Shown here: positions 17,399 to 27,501 of the stretch, piece after piece
How the letters are laid out: the number at the start of each line of letters is the position of its first letter
How positions within the stretch are numbered: the first letter of the stretch is position 1
Assembly: GCA_965140445.1 (NCBI GenBank)
Contig: OZ223236.1
Location: 3,936,001-4,000,000 of the forward strand
Direction: 5' to 3'
Source of the DNA: Candidatus Ozemobacteraceae bacterium
Lineage (GTDB): Bacteria > Muiribacteriota > Ozemobacteria > Ozemobacterales > Ozemobacteraceae
DNA: 64,000 bases
Position numbers and translations under genes: made by a program
The notes under the pieces: model-generated
What the model saw: the letters and a program-made list of their open reading frames with translations, nothing else
What the model was told of the DNA's origin: nothing
Database searches by the model: none

Positions 17399-20300
17399 TT
17401 GTCAAAGCAACAAAATAGCCACTTGCCAGGTGGCGTTTCCAAACTTGGAAAAAGAGCTTTTTTCATTACTCTGATCTTTTGTTTATTCGCGCAACTTCCG
17501 CCAGTGAAAAACTGGCTGGAACTTGCCGAATCGAAATTCTCAGATGTTCTTTTTTCACTAATAAGCGTAGAATGCCCATCTAGCGGACTTAAGCGATCAA
17601 AGGTTTTAATTGTAAACAAAGACCAAACCTTTATCGACCGATTTGGGCGCAGCCCCGACCGGTCGGATTTCGCGAATCTTTTAAACGTATTAAAAGATTC
17701 TGGAGTAGAGACCGTGGCTCTAGACTTTATTTTTGACGAAAAAGGTGAAAATCTTCAAGCAAATCAAAAGTTGAAAAAATCTCTAAAGGACTTCTCCTTC
17801 CCAATCCTTGCCAACCACTTTATCCCTCGCGGGCTACAAAACTATTCCACCGCCAATATTACCGACTACAATTCAGAGAGACCCCCGTGGCCGACTTCGT
17901 TATATCGAGATTTTTCTCAAAATGCTGCGTCAACAGGATTAATAAATATTTTTTCTGATTTCGACGGAGTAATAAGATATGCTCCTTTAGCTTTTCTTCC
18001 TGATGAAAAGAAAAACTATCTTCCAACTCTTGGTTTTGCTGCCTGGATAGCAGAAGAAGTAAAACAAAACTTGCCCAAAGAAATCTTTTCTGAGCCTGAT
18101 AAAACTATCACCAATATAGCCTCGATGGTCGAGCTTATAAACAAAGCTCCCTTTCAAAGGCACTCAACAGGGCATCAGGGGCTTGATAAACTGATAAAAA
18201 TTCTGGAATTGAAGTTTGTGCTCAGAAAATGTTTGCTCAACACAAATGATTTTGTTTCACCTTCAGAGGAAAAAATAGAATTTTACAGTAAAAACATTGG
18301 CAATAAAACTTTTGTAAATATTCCTTCAAGCCCTTTACCATTAATAGGTCCAGACTCTACCCCGTGCATAAGAATCCCCTTTAAAAGACGTTCACCTCCA
18401 TATCAGGAGGACCATATAGAAAGTCTATCAATGAGCCTGCTTTTAAAAACTGAGCTTGAAAATTCTTCAAATCGGATTCGAAAAAATGAAGTCAAAATTT
18501 CCTCAGAGAAACCTTTTGAGGTATCAGACTTTTTTGTCTGGACGGAGCCGGGCAACTCTCAAATCAGTGGAAAGTTAAGCAATCCCGTTGGAATGCCCTG
18601 CATTAATTCAACTGTTATGGTCATTAATCAAAATAATGGATATTGGGAGAAAACTACAACTCTAGACGATGGCACCTTTCATCTGAAAAGACTGCCAGCT
18701 GGTCCCTACAGTTTGGAAATAATAACAAAGAACCATGGGTTATTACAGATTTCAAGATCAAATAAAATATGGGATTTAGCCAAAGACAATGTAATAGAAG
18801 TGAACTGTTGCGAAATTCCCCTTTTGAACAAAACTCTATGTATTCCAGAACACAAGGACATAGATGATTATATTATATGGGGCGAATCTTTAAATATACT
18901 GCCAACAGATTCCTCAGGCAAACTACCACAGGTTTGTTTACCTTCAAGCTACGAATTCATTCCGCTTGATGAGGAAATAGAATTTTCTCAAAATAACGGG
19001 ATCTGCTATAACCCAAACAAAACCCCACTCCGAAATTTAGATTTGGCCATTATAGATTCAAGCGATCCATGGAAGCATAGTTTTCTATTTAGAGGAAAAA
19101 TCAGGGAAAATGGGATAAAATTACCAGCATCATTGGACTGCCAAATAGCGTTAACCTCTTCCCAGGAGCAGTCTAAAAAGCAACTTCCTCTGGAACTCCA
19201 AGTAGTAAAAGAACAAGAAATACTCCCTGAAAATAAAATACCAACTATTTCTCTGAGCGAAAAAAAGGTAAAAATTGAATTTCCTTTTACCGGAACAAAA
19301 AATGAAATAAACCTTCTTTTCCTTGCAGATACAGGAGAAATTAAAGAAATCCCTTCCTCAACCACAGCTTTTATAACCGAAGGAAATTATCGAATACTAG
19401 CATCAAAAGGATCAAAAAAAGGAATCTACAACCAGCTTAGGGCTAAAATAGCTGAACGCCCTGTTTTTATTGGAACCTCGCTGGCAGAGGACCAAGACTT
19501 ACAAATTACACCAATCAATTTTATGAATAAGGGGTTTTCAAGAATTCCTGGGGTGAATCTTCACGCAAATATTTGCGAAGCCTTATTAAACAAGAATTTC
19601 ATAAATTCCCCATTTTTCCACTTTGATAAAGCAACGAACTTCTGGCCAGTATTGCAAACCCTGCTTCTTTTGCCAATAATCCTGCTTATAAATCATATCT
19701 TTATTGCCTTTGGAGCTTACATTGGCGCCTTGCTAACTATTTTAATAATTCCATCCTGGGTTTTTCTGGCAATCCTTTCTTTTACTAAGGGAACTCTACT
19801 CCCGGTAATTTTTCCCGTTACTCAAATAGCATTATTTAGTATTGGAAAAACATTTATAGAATGGATAATTTCGAGAAATAATGAAATTGCTGCCCGATCA
19901 ACATTTGGAAGATTCATTTCACCCGAAATTGTAGAACAAATTCTAAAAAATCCCGATGCACTTAAACCTGGTGGAGAAAAAAAAGAGTTAACCGTAATTT
20001 TTACAGATCTTGCCGGGTTTACTTCAATTTCTGAGAAATTGCCTCCAGACGAGCTCACAGACTTTATGAACGAATATCTTGATGCAATGACCAGGATTGT
20101 CTTTAAATATGGTGGAACTTTAGATAAGTATATCGGAGACGCCATCATGGCATTCTGGAATCATCCTACATCACAGAAAAATCACGCGCAGCTGGCTGTT
20201 GATTGTGCGATTGCTATGCAAAATGAGCTGGAGTTGTTAAGAGATGGTTGGCATAAAAGAGGTTTGCCAGAAGTTAGCATGCGGGCTGGGATCAATACAT

Positions 20301-20767
20301 CCACCTGCATGGTTGGGTTTATTGGCAGCTCAATTCAAATGAACTTTACCTGCCTTGGTGATGGAGTAAATCTTGCTGCAAGACTTGAAGGGGCTAATAA
20401 AGAATATGGAACGCTAATTATGATTTCAGAATCTGTAAAAGATCAGTTGGAAAAAAACTCGGTCCCATGCAGATTTCTGGATTATTTAGCTGTAAAAGGA
20501 AAAAATGAACCAATTAAAGTTTTTGAGGTTGTCTCAGGTACTGAAGCTAAAGCAGAAAATTGGGAAGAATTCTTGAAATTATATAAACTTGGAATTCATT
20601 CCTATTTAGGAAAAGAGTGGAAAAATGCTGAAAAACACTTCAAAACCGCTTTAAAGATTAAACAAAACGATGGTCCTTGCTTAACTTACATAGATAGATG
20701 TAAACACTTTTCAAATTTTCCTCCTCCAGAGAACTGGGACGGAAGATTTGAAATGAAAACAAAATAG
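17399..20767 (+). CDS. CHASE2-domain membrane adenylate cyclase (class III) with C-terminal TPR-like tail
   Basis: CHASE2 motifs ALDFIF, DFDGVIR and PGVNLHAN; three TM helices; FTDLAGFT, LDKYIGDAIMA, NFTCLGDGVNLAARLE; PPPENWDG tail. Confidence 0.9.
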   Translation: MSKQQNSHLPGGVSKLGKRAFFITLIFCLFAQLPPVKNWLELAESKFSDVLFSLISVECPSSGLKRSKVLIVNKDQTFIDRFGRSPDRSDFANLLNVLKDSGVETVALDFIFDEKGENLQANQKLKKSLKDFSFPILANHFIPRGLQNYSTANITDYNSERPPWPTSLYRDFSQNAASTGLINIFSDFDGVIRYAPLAFLPDEKKNYLPTLGFAAWIAEEVKQNLPKEIFSEPDKTITNIASMVELINKAPFQRHSTGHQGLDKLIKILELKFVLRKCLLNTNDFVSPSEEKIEFYSKNIGNKTFVNIPSSPLPLIGPDSTPCIRIPFKRRSPPYQEDHIESLSMSLLLKTELENSSNRIRKNEVKISSEKPFEVSDFFVWTEPGNSQISGKLSNPVGMPCINSTVMVINQNNGYWEKTTTLDDGTFHLKRLPAGPYSLEIITKNHGLLQISRSNKIWDLAKDNVIEVNCCEIPLLNKTLCIPEHKDIDDYIIWGESLNILPTDSSGKLPQVCLPSSYEFIPLDEEIEFSQNNGICYNPNKTPLRNLDLAIIDSSDPWKHSFLFRGKIRENGIKLPASLDCQIALTSSQEQSKKQLPLELQVVKEQEILPENKIPTISLSEKKVKIEFPFTGTKNEINLLFLADTGEIKEIPSSTTAFITEGNYRILASKGSKKGIYNQLRAKIAERPVFIGTSLAEDQDLQITPINFMNKGFSRIPGVNLHANICEALLNKNFINSPFFHFDKATNFWPVLQTLLLLPIILLINHIFIAFGAYIGALLTILIIPSWVFLAILSFTKGTLLPVIFPVTQIALFSIGKTFIEWIISRNNEIAARSTFGRFISPEIVEQILKNPDALKPGGEKKELTVIFTDLAGFTSISEKLPPDELTDFMNEYLDAMTRIVFKYGGTLDKYIGDAIMAFWNHPTSQKNHAQLAVDCAIAMQNELELLRDGWHKRGLPEVSMRAGINTSTCMVGFIGSSIQMNFTCLGDGVNLAARLEGANKEYGTLIMISESVKDQLEKNSVPCRFLDYLAVKGKNEPIKVFEVVSGTEAKAENWEEFLKLYKLGIHSYLGKEWKNAEKHFKTALKIKQNDGPCLTYIDRCKHFSNFPPPENWDGRFEMKTK

Positions 20768-20797
20768 TAGCCATGCAATTAATCTAAGACAGAAGTC

Positions 20798-21679
20798 TTA
20801 CTCGCTTTTCATTTTTCTTCTTTTTATTGCATAAGCTCCAATCAAGAAAAGAACCATGCTTCCAGGCTCTGGCGCTCCCGGGGCTGCTGGAGGTCCTCCA
20901 ACTGGGACAAAAACAATTCCTCCATACACATAATAAGAACCCGACTGAACAGTAATCCATGGCCACCATTCATACCCACCAGAAGTCTTAGCTCCAATTG
21001 CCGATGACGTTACACCAGTAGAACCATCATTCCACGTATCTCTAACTGCAAACCAATCATTTGCAGTCCCGGGGTTATCTTCGTATCCGAAAGCCACTAT
21101 TGAATGGCCGCCACCAGGAACAACAGTATTTAAAATCATTGGTCTGCCAGCGTCAATTTCATCGACAACAGACTGGAAATCTAAAGTTCCAAACGCCCAA
21201 TGATCTGTTGTGTAATCCTGAGATGAGTTAAAAGTATAAGAATCATTTACAGCGGTTGCAGGATTATCCCAAGCCTGAAAGTTTACCAAAGCTGCGGGAA
21301 TATTATTTGACCAGGTTCCTCCATCGGACAATGGATCAAGGCTGGTGCCCATAAAATCTGCAATACTGTTATTTACATGAGTTCCAGAATCAGCACCCCA
21401 ATAATCTGAAATATGATCCGGACTGGCAATAATATCTCTTACACTTTGGCCGGCCGCGCCGTGAAAAGCCCCATAGTTACCTGAAACTGCCAGGGCATCG
21501 CCAGGAATTTTCTCGTAACCTTTTGCATCCCAGTAACCTACCAGCATTCCTCCTGAAGTTGGAGAACATCCGTACCACCAGTAATATTCAGGTACGCCCG
21601 AAAGCGCCAAGGTTCCCCCGAAGGCAGGAAAACTCACTAAAAAGCTTAATATAAGCAGTATAACCAACCTTTTAAACAT
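20798..21679 (-). CDS. PEP-CTERM sorted protein with papain-fold (C39/C10-like) cysteine peptidase domain
   Basis: Signal peptide; candidate triad in YGCSPTSGGM, GGHSIVAFGY and VRDTW; C-terminal APEPGS + hydrophobic helix + KRRK. Confidence 0.8.
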   Translation of the reverse strand: MFKRLVILLILSFLVSFPAFGGTLALSGVPEYYWWYGCSPTSGGMLVGYWDAKGYEKIPGDALAVSGNYGAFHGAAGQSVRDIIASPDHISDYWGADSGTHVNNSIADFMGTSLDPLSDGGTWSNNIPAALVNFQAWDNPATAVNDSYTFNSSQDYTTDHWAFGTLDFQSVVDEIDAGRPMILNTVVPGGGHSIVAFGYEDNPGTANDWFAVRDTWNDGSTGVTSSAIGAKTSGGYEWWPWITVQSGSYYVYGGIVFVPVGGPPAAPGAPEPGSMVLFLIGAYAIKRRKMKSE

Positions 21680-21758
21680 TTAAGATCCGTTCTCTCTATT
21701 TTTTTATGTACACTTTTAATTATCATAATAAAATTTAAGTTATGCAAGTTTTTCAGTC

Positions 21759-21792
21759 AAAAAAAAACTGCCCCAGTCAAAGACTGGGGCAG
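21759..21792 (-). terminator. Rho-independent terminator after the RRM gene
   Basis: 11-bp stem CTGCCCCAGTC / GACTGGGGCAG followed by 9 T on the minus strand. Confidence 0.85.
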
Positions 21793-21804
21793 CGCGCTTA
21801 GCGA

Positions 21805-22074
21805 TTAGTATCTTGGAGCGCGAGGTCTATCCTGTTTTGGTCGGGCTTCATTAACTTTTACATTTCTGCCCTGAAGATCAGAATTATCTAAAGCCTGAAT
21901 AGCTGCTTTAGCTTGTTCATCGTCTGGCATTTCAATAAATCCAAAGCCTTTTGATCTGCCAGTTTCACGATCTCTTATGATGTTAGCGCTTGCAACTTCA
22001 CCATAAGCTTCAAAAGCAGAACTAAGTTCATCTTCAGTAATTCTATAAGGAAGATTTCCCACGTAGATATTCAT
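21805..22074 (-). CDS. Single-RRM RNA-binding protein
   Basis: RNP2 IYVGNL, RNP1 KGFGFIEM, C-terminal VNEARPK; GAGG RBS. Confidence 0.95.
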   Translation of the reverse strand: MNIYVGNLPYRITEDELSSAFEAYGEVASANIIRDRETGRSKGFGFIEMPDDEQAKAAIQALDNSDLQGRNVKVNEARPKQDRPRAPRY

Positions 22075-22346
22075 TCTAACTACCTCAAAAACAAATCCTG
22101 TGGTTTGATCCAGAACACTACCGAGTAATCAAACCACACAATGAATCCTACGATAGCGGCAAGCCAGTGCTTGCACCCCTACTTCTTTTTTTTATATCAT
22201 TTTTTGACTTTTGTCAACTTATATCCTTTCTTAAAAGGCATCTTAGCCCATATCTTTAACGTTAAAAGCTGCTTAATTTCAATATATTCTATTCGTTGAT
22301 ATAATGGATTCATAGAAAGATTTTAGATTAAATTATTGGAGATCAA

Positions 22347-24140
22347 ATGAGAAAAATCCTTTTATGCATATTGCTTCTATTTTTCATCCCATCAGGTGTC
22401 TTCTCTGAAGCCAATAGCAATTTAGCAGAACCAATTTTATTGAATAAGGCGAAATTATTCGATTCAATGATTGAGGAAGATCATCTCCTTAATGGGATGA
22501 TTGTAAATATCGAAAAAAGCAACAAATCAAAACAAATAAGATATTCAGGAGACTCAACAATTTGGACTGGAGCCTATATAGCTTCTCAGGTTTACAGATA
22601 CAAAGTAACCAGAGATAAAAAAGCTTTGGAGAATTTTCAAGCCTGCCTGAAAGCTTTTGTAAATTTAGATAACATGTCTGGAAATCAAGGTTTTCTAGGG
22701 AGAAACTTTAAAGAGCAATCAGATAACATTCCTGTAAATGGTTATATAAAAGGATTCGGGGACTGGAAAAACTACTATTTTAGAGCAGACACATCAAGAG
22801 ATCAATACACGGGCATCTTAATGGCTTGTGCCATTGCCTGGCCAGAAATAAATAATCCAAATCTCCGCGATGATGTAAAAAAGTTAATCCAAAATATAGC
22901 TAACAATCTGATACAGAACAATCTCTCTCTTAAGGCCGTATTCTCTGGAAAATTCCACTCTTTCTTTGACTTAAACCCTAACTATGCGTATCAAGATCGA
23001 ATTACCAGGAGTGAATGGAATAATGTTGATGATTTCCCAATAAACCATGTTAGAGACTTTGTTGATTTTTCTGAAAGACTGGCAAAAATAGTCTCTTCTT
23101 TTTCTCCCCCACCATTGAGAGGTGGAGAAGCTCTTAGAGCTCTAATGATGATCCAGACAGCAGCAAATATTTCAGAAAACAATTTAATAAAGGAATACCT
23201 TCAAAAAGAACTGATCCAAAAAAGAAGGCTACCTGAAATAGCTTCAAATTCAATACTATTGCTAAACGACTTGTTCTATGGGAAAAATTTAAAGGTACTC
23301 AGAACAAAAATTTCTGGCGCCTTTTTTGCTTTAAATGAGCTTTTTTTAAGGGTTGCTCTTTCGAGCTTAAAAACTCCGGAATCTATTTCAAGCTATATAG
23401 AGCCCGGCTTCTACCCAATTTTGTACCGATATTCCAATTTTTACGCAGATTTAATATTAAATACCTTTTCATTTTTTCAGAAAAAAAACTCTTTCACTAT
23501 TTTTGAGGCCTTAGCAAAAAATTTAAAATCCCTAAAGACTGTTATAAGTGGTTTTTGTTCAAAGAAATTGCAACAAAAGCTTGAAAAGAAAATAAATTAT
23601 TTTGAAAAAATTTCTGGTTCTAACATAGACGAATTAGCCGATACTTTGAGATCTCATGTAGGAACAAATCTAACCTTTTTTGCATTATTAGGCCTCTTTG
23701 AGCAAAGCACAGCTGATGAAATAAAAAAGTCCATAACAGCAATTTTGCCGAGGGCATATGAGCCAATCTCAGATGAAGAAAACTCTCTATACACTTTTAT
23801 TGTTAAAGCCTATAGTAGTAAAACCGTTTCAAAAATTGAGTTAGAAAAGGCTATCAATACCCTAAAAAATTTTCCTGAAAGTAGAAAAAACAAGCTTTTT
23901 AACCATAAAAATTCTGCAAAGTATCCTCAATCACCGTGGCCTGATCGATTTGGTAAAATTGGTCGACGCTCGACTCAAGTCATCCCCATTAACGAAAGAG
24001 CACCGGACATCTTTATTTGGCAAGATTCGCCTAGATCAATTAAAACAGGGGCAAATAACTCAATTCAGATAGCTCCTGTGGACTATTTGTTGGCCTATTG
24101 GTTTGCCAGGGAAAAAAATATACTTTCTGCAGATGATTGA
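22347..24140 (+). CDS. Secreted conserved hypothetical protein, possibly (alpha/alpha)-barrel glycosidase-like
   Basis: Signal peptide; blocks that look conserved (GDSTIWTGAYIASQVYRY, DTSRDQYTG, DYLLAYW). The fold assignment is inference. Confidence 0.55.
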   Translation: MRKILLCILLLFFIPSGVFSEANSNLAEPILLNKAKLFDSMIEEDHLLNGMIVNIEKSNKSKQIRYSGDSTIWTGAYIASQVYRYKVTRDKKALENFQACLKAFVNLDNMSGNQGFLGRNFKEQSDNIPVNGYIKGFGDWKNYYFRADTSRDQYTGILMACAIAWPEINNPNLRDDVKKLIQNIANNLIQNNLSLKAVFSGKFHSFFDLNPNYAYQDRITRSEWNNVDDFPINHVRDFVDFSERLAKIVSSFSPPPLRGGEALRALMMIQTAANISENNLIKEYLQKELIQKRRLPEIASNSILLLNDLFYGKNLKVLRTKISGAFFALNELFLRVALSSLKTPESISSYIEPGFYPILYRYSNFYADLILNTFSFFQKKNSFTIFEALAKNLKSLKTVISGFCSKKLQQKLEKKINYFEKISGSNIDELADTLRSHVGTNLTFFALLGLFEQSTADEIKKSITAILPRAYEPISDEENSLYTFIVKAYSSKTVSKIELEKAINTLKNFPESRKNKLFNHKNSAKYPQSPWPDRFGKIGRRSTQVIPINERAPDIFIWQDSPRSIKTGANNSIQIAPVDYLLAYWFAREKNILSADD

Positions 24141-24147
24141 GAAAGAG

Positions 24148-24657
24148 TTACACAAAAGCTTCAGACTCTTTCTGGTCAGTATTATTAGAAGGCTCAGTTA
24201 AATCAAGCCTCATTTCCTGATGAGGGATTCCAGCTTCTTCAAAAATAGAACCCGTTTTTCTAAAACCAAATTTCTCGTATAGCTTTATAACTTCTAATTG
24301 GGAATGAATTTCAATCTTCTCAAAGGAATTTTCGCAAGCATATTCTAGCAAGCCTTCAATTATTGCACTTGCCACACCATTGCCCCGAGCGTGCGGTAAA
24401 ACAGCTACACGGCCAAGCTTAGCAACACTAAGATTTAGATCGTCTTGATAAATTCTTCCAGTGCCAACCGCTTCTCCATCTAGAAAGGCTAAAACATGGG
24501 TCGCACTTTCATCCAATTCATCCTTCTCAAGTTCTAGCGGTACATTCTGCTCCTGGACAAACACCTGTTCACGAATTGACCACGCTACAAACATTTCTGC
24601 CCTATTTGTTACAGGTCTGATTAAAATCATTACAATTTGCCTCCAGAATAGCCCCAT
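24148..24657 (-). CDS. GNAT acetyltransferase (YjcF/ElaA-like)
   Basis: IREQVFVQEQ, GRVAVLPHARGNGVA, YEKFGF, EAGIPH. The start may be the ATG at 24630. Confidence 0.9.
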   Translation of the reverse strand: MGLFWRQIVMILIRPVTNRAEMFVAWSIREQVFVQEQNVPLELEKDELDESATHVLAFLDGEAVGTGRIYQDDLNLSVAKLGRVAVLPHARGNGVASAIIEGLLEYACENSFEKIEIHSQLEVIKLYEKFGFRKTGSIFEEAGIPHQEMRLDLTEPSNNTDQKESEAFV

Positions 24658-24779
24658 TTATTATAACGTCTATAATTTAAGCAACAATCAGGCCAATAAC
24701 CAATAAAAAAGATGTAACATTATCTATTATACCTGTGAAAGTGTATGTTATAATTCTTCAAAACTACAATTGGTGGATC

Positions 24780-27380
24780 ATGAAGAGAATCTTTGTCAGA
24801 ATCATTTTAACTCTTTTTCTTTTCAATATTGCAGGAATATTTCCTGGATACTGCAACGAAACCAAAGAAGTATTAGTTCTAAACTCCTACCACAAAGGAT
24901 ACATATGGTCAGATGAAATTGTTTCTGAACTAGAAGCACTAGTTCGAACTCACGGCAATTTCAATCTAAACATCGAATACCTTGATTCAAAAAAAAATCC
25001 AAATAAACTCGCAAGTGAAACAGCATATTTTGTTTTAAAAAATAAGTATCCAGACACCAAATTTCTTGCTGTATTAGCCTGCGATGACTTTGCTACAGAA
25101 TTTGCAATAAAAAACCACCAAAGTCTTTTCCCTAAGGTGCCAGTGATATTTTGTGGGGTCAACAACCCATCTCTACCAAAAACCGAGTTTTCGACAGGAG
25201 TTTTTGAAAAAATCTTTATAAACGAAATTCTGCATTATGCATTAAAGTTCCATCCTGGAGTAAAAAATATCTATTTTCTAACAGACGCAACTTTAACTGG
25301 CATAAATATGAAAAAAAGTATTCAGGAAGAGTTAAACGATAAATTCAAACCAATCTCTCATTTTCTTTCCGGTGAAAAATTATCAACAATTGATTTAAAA
25401 CAGAGAATATCCAGATTAAGTGCTAATGATATTATTTTAACCATGCCGTGGATGTTGGATAAAGATGGAAAAAGAAACAATTTTTTAGATTTAAGCAAAG
25501 AGCTGTTTGAAAAATCAAAATCTCCGATATACAGTTTTTCAGTAATTAAAGACTATGTTATTGGTGGTATTCTACCACCAGCGAAAACTCAGGGAAAAAT
25601 CGCATACAAAATTTTGGAACAAATTAATAACGGGAAACAAGTAAGTGATATTCCACTTAAAACTCCTGAGATAAGCGGATGGTTTTTTAACAATTCACAA
25701 CTAAAAAAATGGCGCATCCCAATTTCAGCTTTGCCAGAAAACAGCAATATTTACAATCGAAGCAATTTTTTTGACAAGCACAAAATGGAAATCACTTTGC
25801 TTACGGCACTGTTTTTTATCCAGTTAAGCGCCATATTATTATTACTAATAGAGAGAAAAAAAAGAATCAAATTCGAAAATGATTTAATAAAATCAGAAAA
25901 TGAAAAGCACTTAATCCTAACCAATATTGAAGAATCAATTGCCTTTTTAGATAAGGATCTAAACGTTTTATGGACAAATAAACACAGCAAATCAGACACA
26001 AAAAATCTGTCCAAAAATGTGTCAACAGAATCCTGCTATCTTTCAATCATTGAGAACCATACTCCATGCGAAGATTGTTCTGTCTTAAAATCTATCAGAA
26101 GCAAGAAAACAGAAATTGCAGAGTTAAAAACTCCAGACGGAAGAGTGTTGCGAAAAACAGCCATTCCGGTTTTCAATGAAAAAGGGGATTTTGCTGGAAT
26201 TATTGAATCAAATCTTGATATAACCATACAAAAAAATGCGGAAAGAAAATATGTTCAGGTTCAAAAACTTGACGCTATTGGCCAACTTGCAGCAGGTCTC
26301 GCGCACGACTTTAACAATATTCTTCAGGCTATGACCGGTTATCTGGAATTGCTTAAAGATTCAAACCTTGGAGAAATAGAAAAAGATTATTTAAAACTAT
26401 CCCTTGAAGCTGGAGAAATGGGGAAAGAGCTTATCAAACAACTTCTTACTTTCAGTAAAAAAGATAAGTCCACTGAAATTACGCCAATAGATGTTAATTC
26501 AATATGTAATAATTTCAAAAAGCTTTTAACAAGAGTAATTCCTTCAAATATAAATCTTTCATTATCTTTACTGCCATCACCAATAATAGTTTCCGGGAGT
26601 AAAAGTAAATTGGAACAGATTTTAATGAATCTATGTATTAATGCTCGAGATGCAATGCCAGAGGGCGGAAACATTTCAATTTCCACAGAAATTAAAAATA
26701 TTGAACAAACCTGGCAAACCATTTCTGGAAGGCTACCTCCAGGATTATATTGCATGATCAGAATTACAGATAATGGAGAAGGAATCTCAGATAAAAATAT
26801 GGAGCGCATTTTTGAACCATTTTTTACGACAAAACCTCAGGGAAAGGGCACAGGCTTGGGATTGGCAAGTGTTTTTGGAATTGTAAAAGAACTTGGCGGA
26901 TCTATAGAAGTGAATTCGAAACCTGGGGAAGGAACTTCTTTTAAACTTTTTCTGCCTCTTCTAACCTTAAACGACCATGCATCAGTTGAAGCCAATTGTG
27001 CCGAGAATGCAATTAACATCAAAGGTAATGATGAACTGATCCTGGTAGCAGAAGACAATGATTTGGTAAGAAACCTTTTAAAAAGCCTGCTTACCAAATC
27101 AGGTTACCGTGTAATTTCGTTCTCTGATGGCCAATCTGCGTTAGACTTTTTACAAAGTGACCAGGAAAAACCAGCTTTGCTATTGCTGGACATAGTAATG
27201 CCAAGATTAATGGGTACAGCAGTGGCAAAAATAGCTAAAGAGGACTTCCCAGAAATTCCAATCCTATTTTGCAGTGGCTATAGTAAAGATCAGCTAAGTG
27301 AAAAACCGGACGGTCCAATTGTTTTAAAACCATTTTCAAAAAAGGATTTGATCACTTCCGTGAAAAATCTTTTAGGCTAA
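24780..27380 (+). CDS. Membrane hybrid histidine kinase (periplasmic ABC-substrate-binding-like sensor - PAS - HisKA - HATPase - REC)
   Basis: VLVLNSYH...W, EYLDSK and PVIFCG sensor pattern; TM helix; AHDFNN; NLCINARDAM; GKGTGLGL; DIVMP receiver. The ORF is open from 24735; the ATG at 24780 gives a clean signal peptide. Confidence 0.9.
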   Translation: MKRIFVRIILTLFLFNIAGIFPGYCNETKEVLVLNSYHKGYIWSDEIVSELEALVRTHGNFNLNIEYLDSKKNPNKLASETAYFVLKNKYPDTKFLAVLACDDFATEFAIKNHQSLFPKVPVIFCGVNNPSLPKTEFSTGVFEKIFINEILHYALKFHPGVKNIYFLTDATLTGINMKKSIQEELNDKFKPISHFLSGEKLSTIDLKQRISRLSANDIILTMPWMLDKDGKRNNFLDLSKELFEKSKSPIYSFSVIKDYVIGGILPPAKTQGKIAYKILEQINNGKQVSDIPLKTPEISGWFFNNSQLKKWRIPISALPENSNIYNRSNFFDKHKMEITLLTALFFIQLSAILLLLIERKKRIKFENDLIKSENEKHLILTNIEESIAFLDKDLNVLWTNKHSKSDTKNLSKNVSTESCYLSIIENHTPCEDCSVLKSIRSKKTEIAELKTPDGRVLRKTAIPVFNEKGDFAGIIESNLDITIQKNAERKYVQVQKLDAIGQLAAGLAHDFNNILQAMTGYLELLKDSNLGEIEKDYLKLSLEAGEMGKELIKQLLTFSKKDKSTEITPIDVNSICNNFKKLLTRVIPSNINLSLSLLPSPIIVSGSKSKLEQILMNLCINARDAMPEGGNISISTEIKNIEQTWQTISGRLPPGLYCMIRITDNGEGISDKNMERIFEPFFTTKPQGKGTGLGLASVFGIVKELGGSIEVNSKPGEGTSFKLFLPLLTLNDHASVEANCAENAINIKGNDELILVAEDNDLVRNLLKSLLTKSGYRVISFSDGQSALDFLQSDQEKPALLLLDIVMPRLMGTAVAKIAKEDFPEIPILFCSGYSKDQLSEKPDGPIVLKPFSKKDLITSVKNLLG

Positions 27381-27433
27381 CTTTATTCAGTATTCATTGC
27401 AAAATAATCCGGGCATATTTCTAATCTTCATTA

Positions 27434-27478
27434 TTGACAAAAGTTCCAAATTGCCATAACCTGACTGACTAGTCAGTC
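27434..27478 (+). promoter_or_regulatory. Sigma70 promoter with adjacent palindromic TetR-type operator
   Basis: TTGACA (27434-39)-17 nt-TAACCT (27457-62), followed directly by the perfect 16-bp palindrome GACTGACTAGTCAGTC (27463-78). Confidence 0.8.
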
Positions 27479-27501
27479 TAAAGTGAAAATTTGGAGTAGT
27501 A

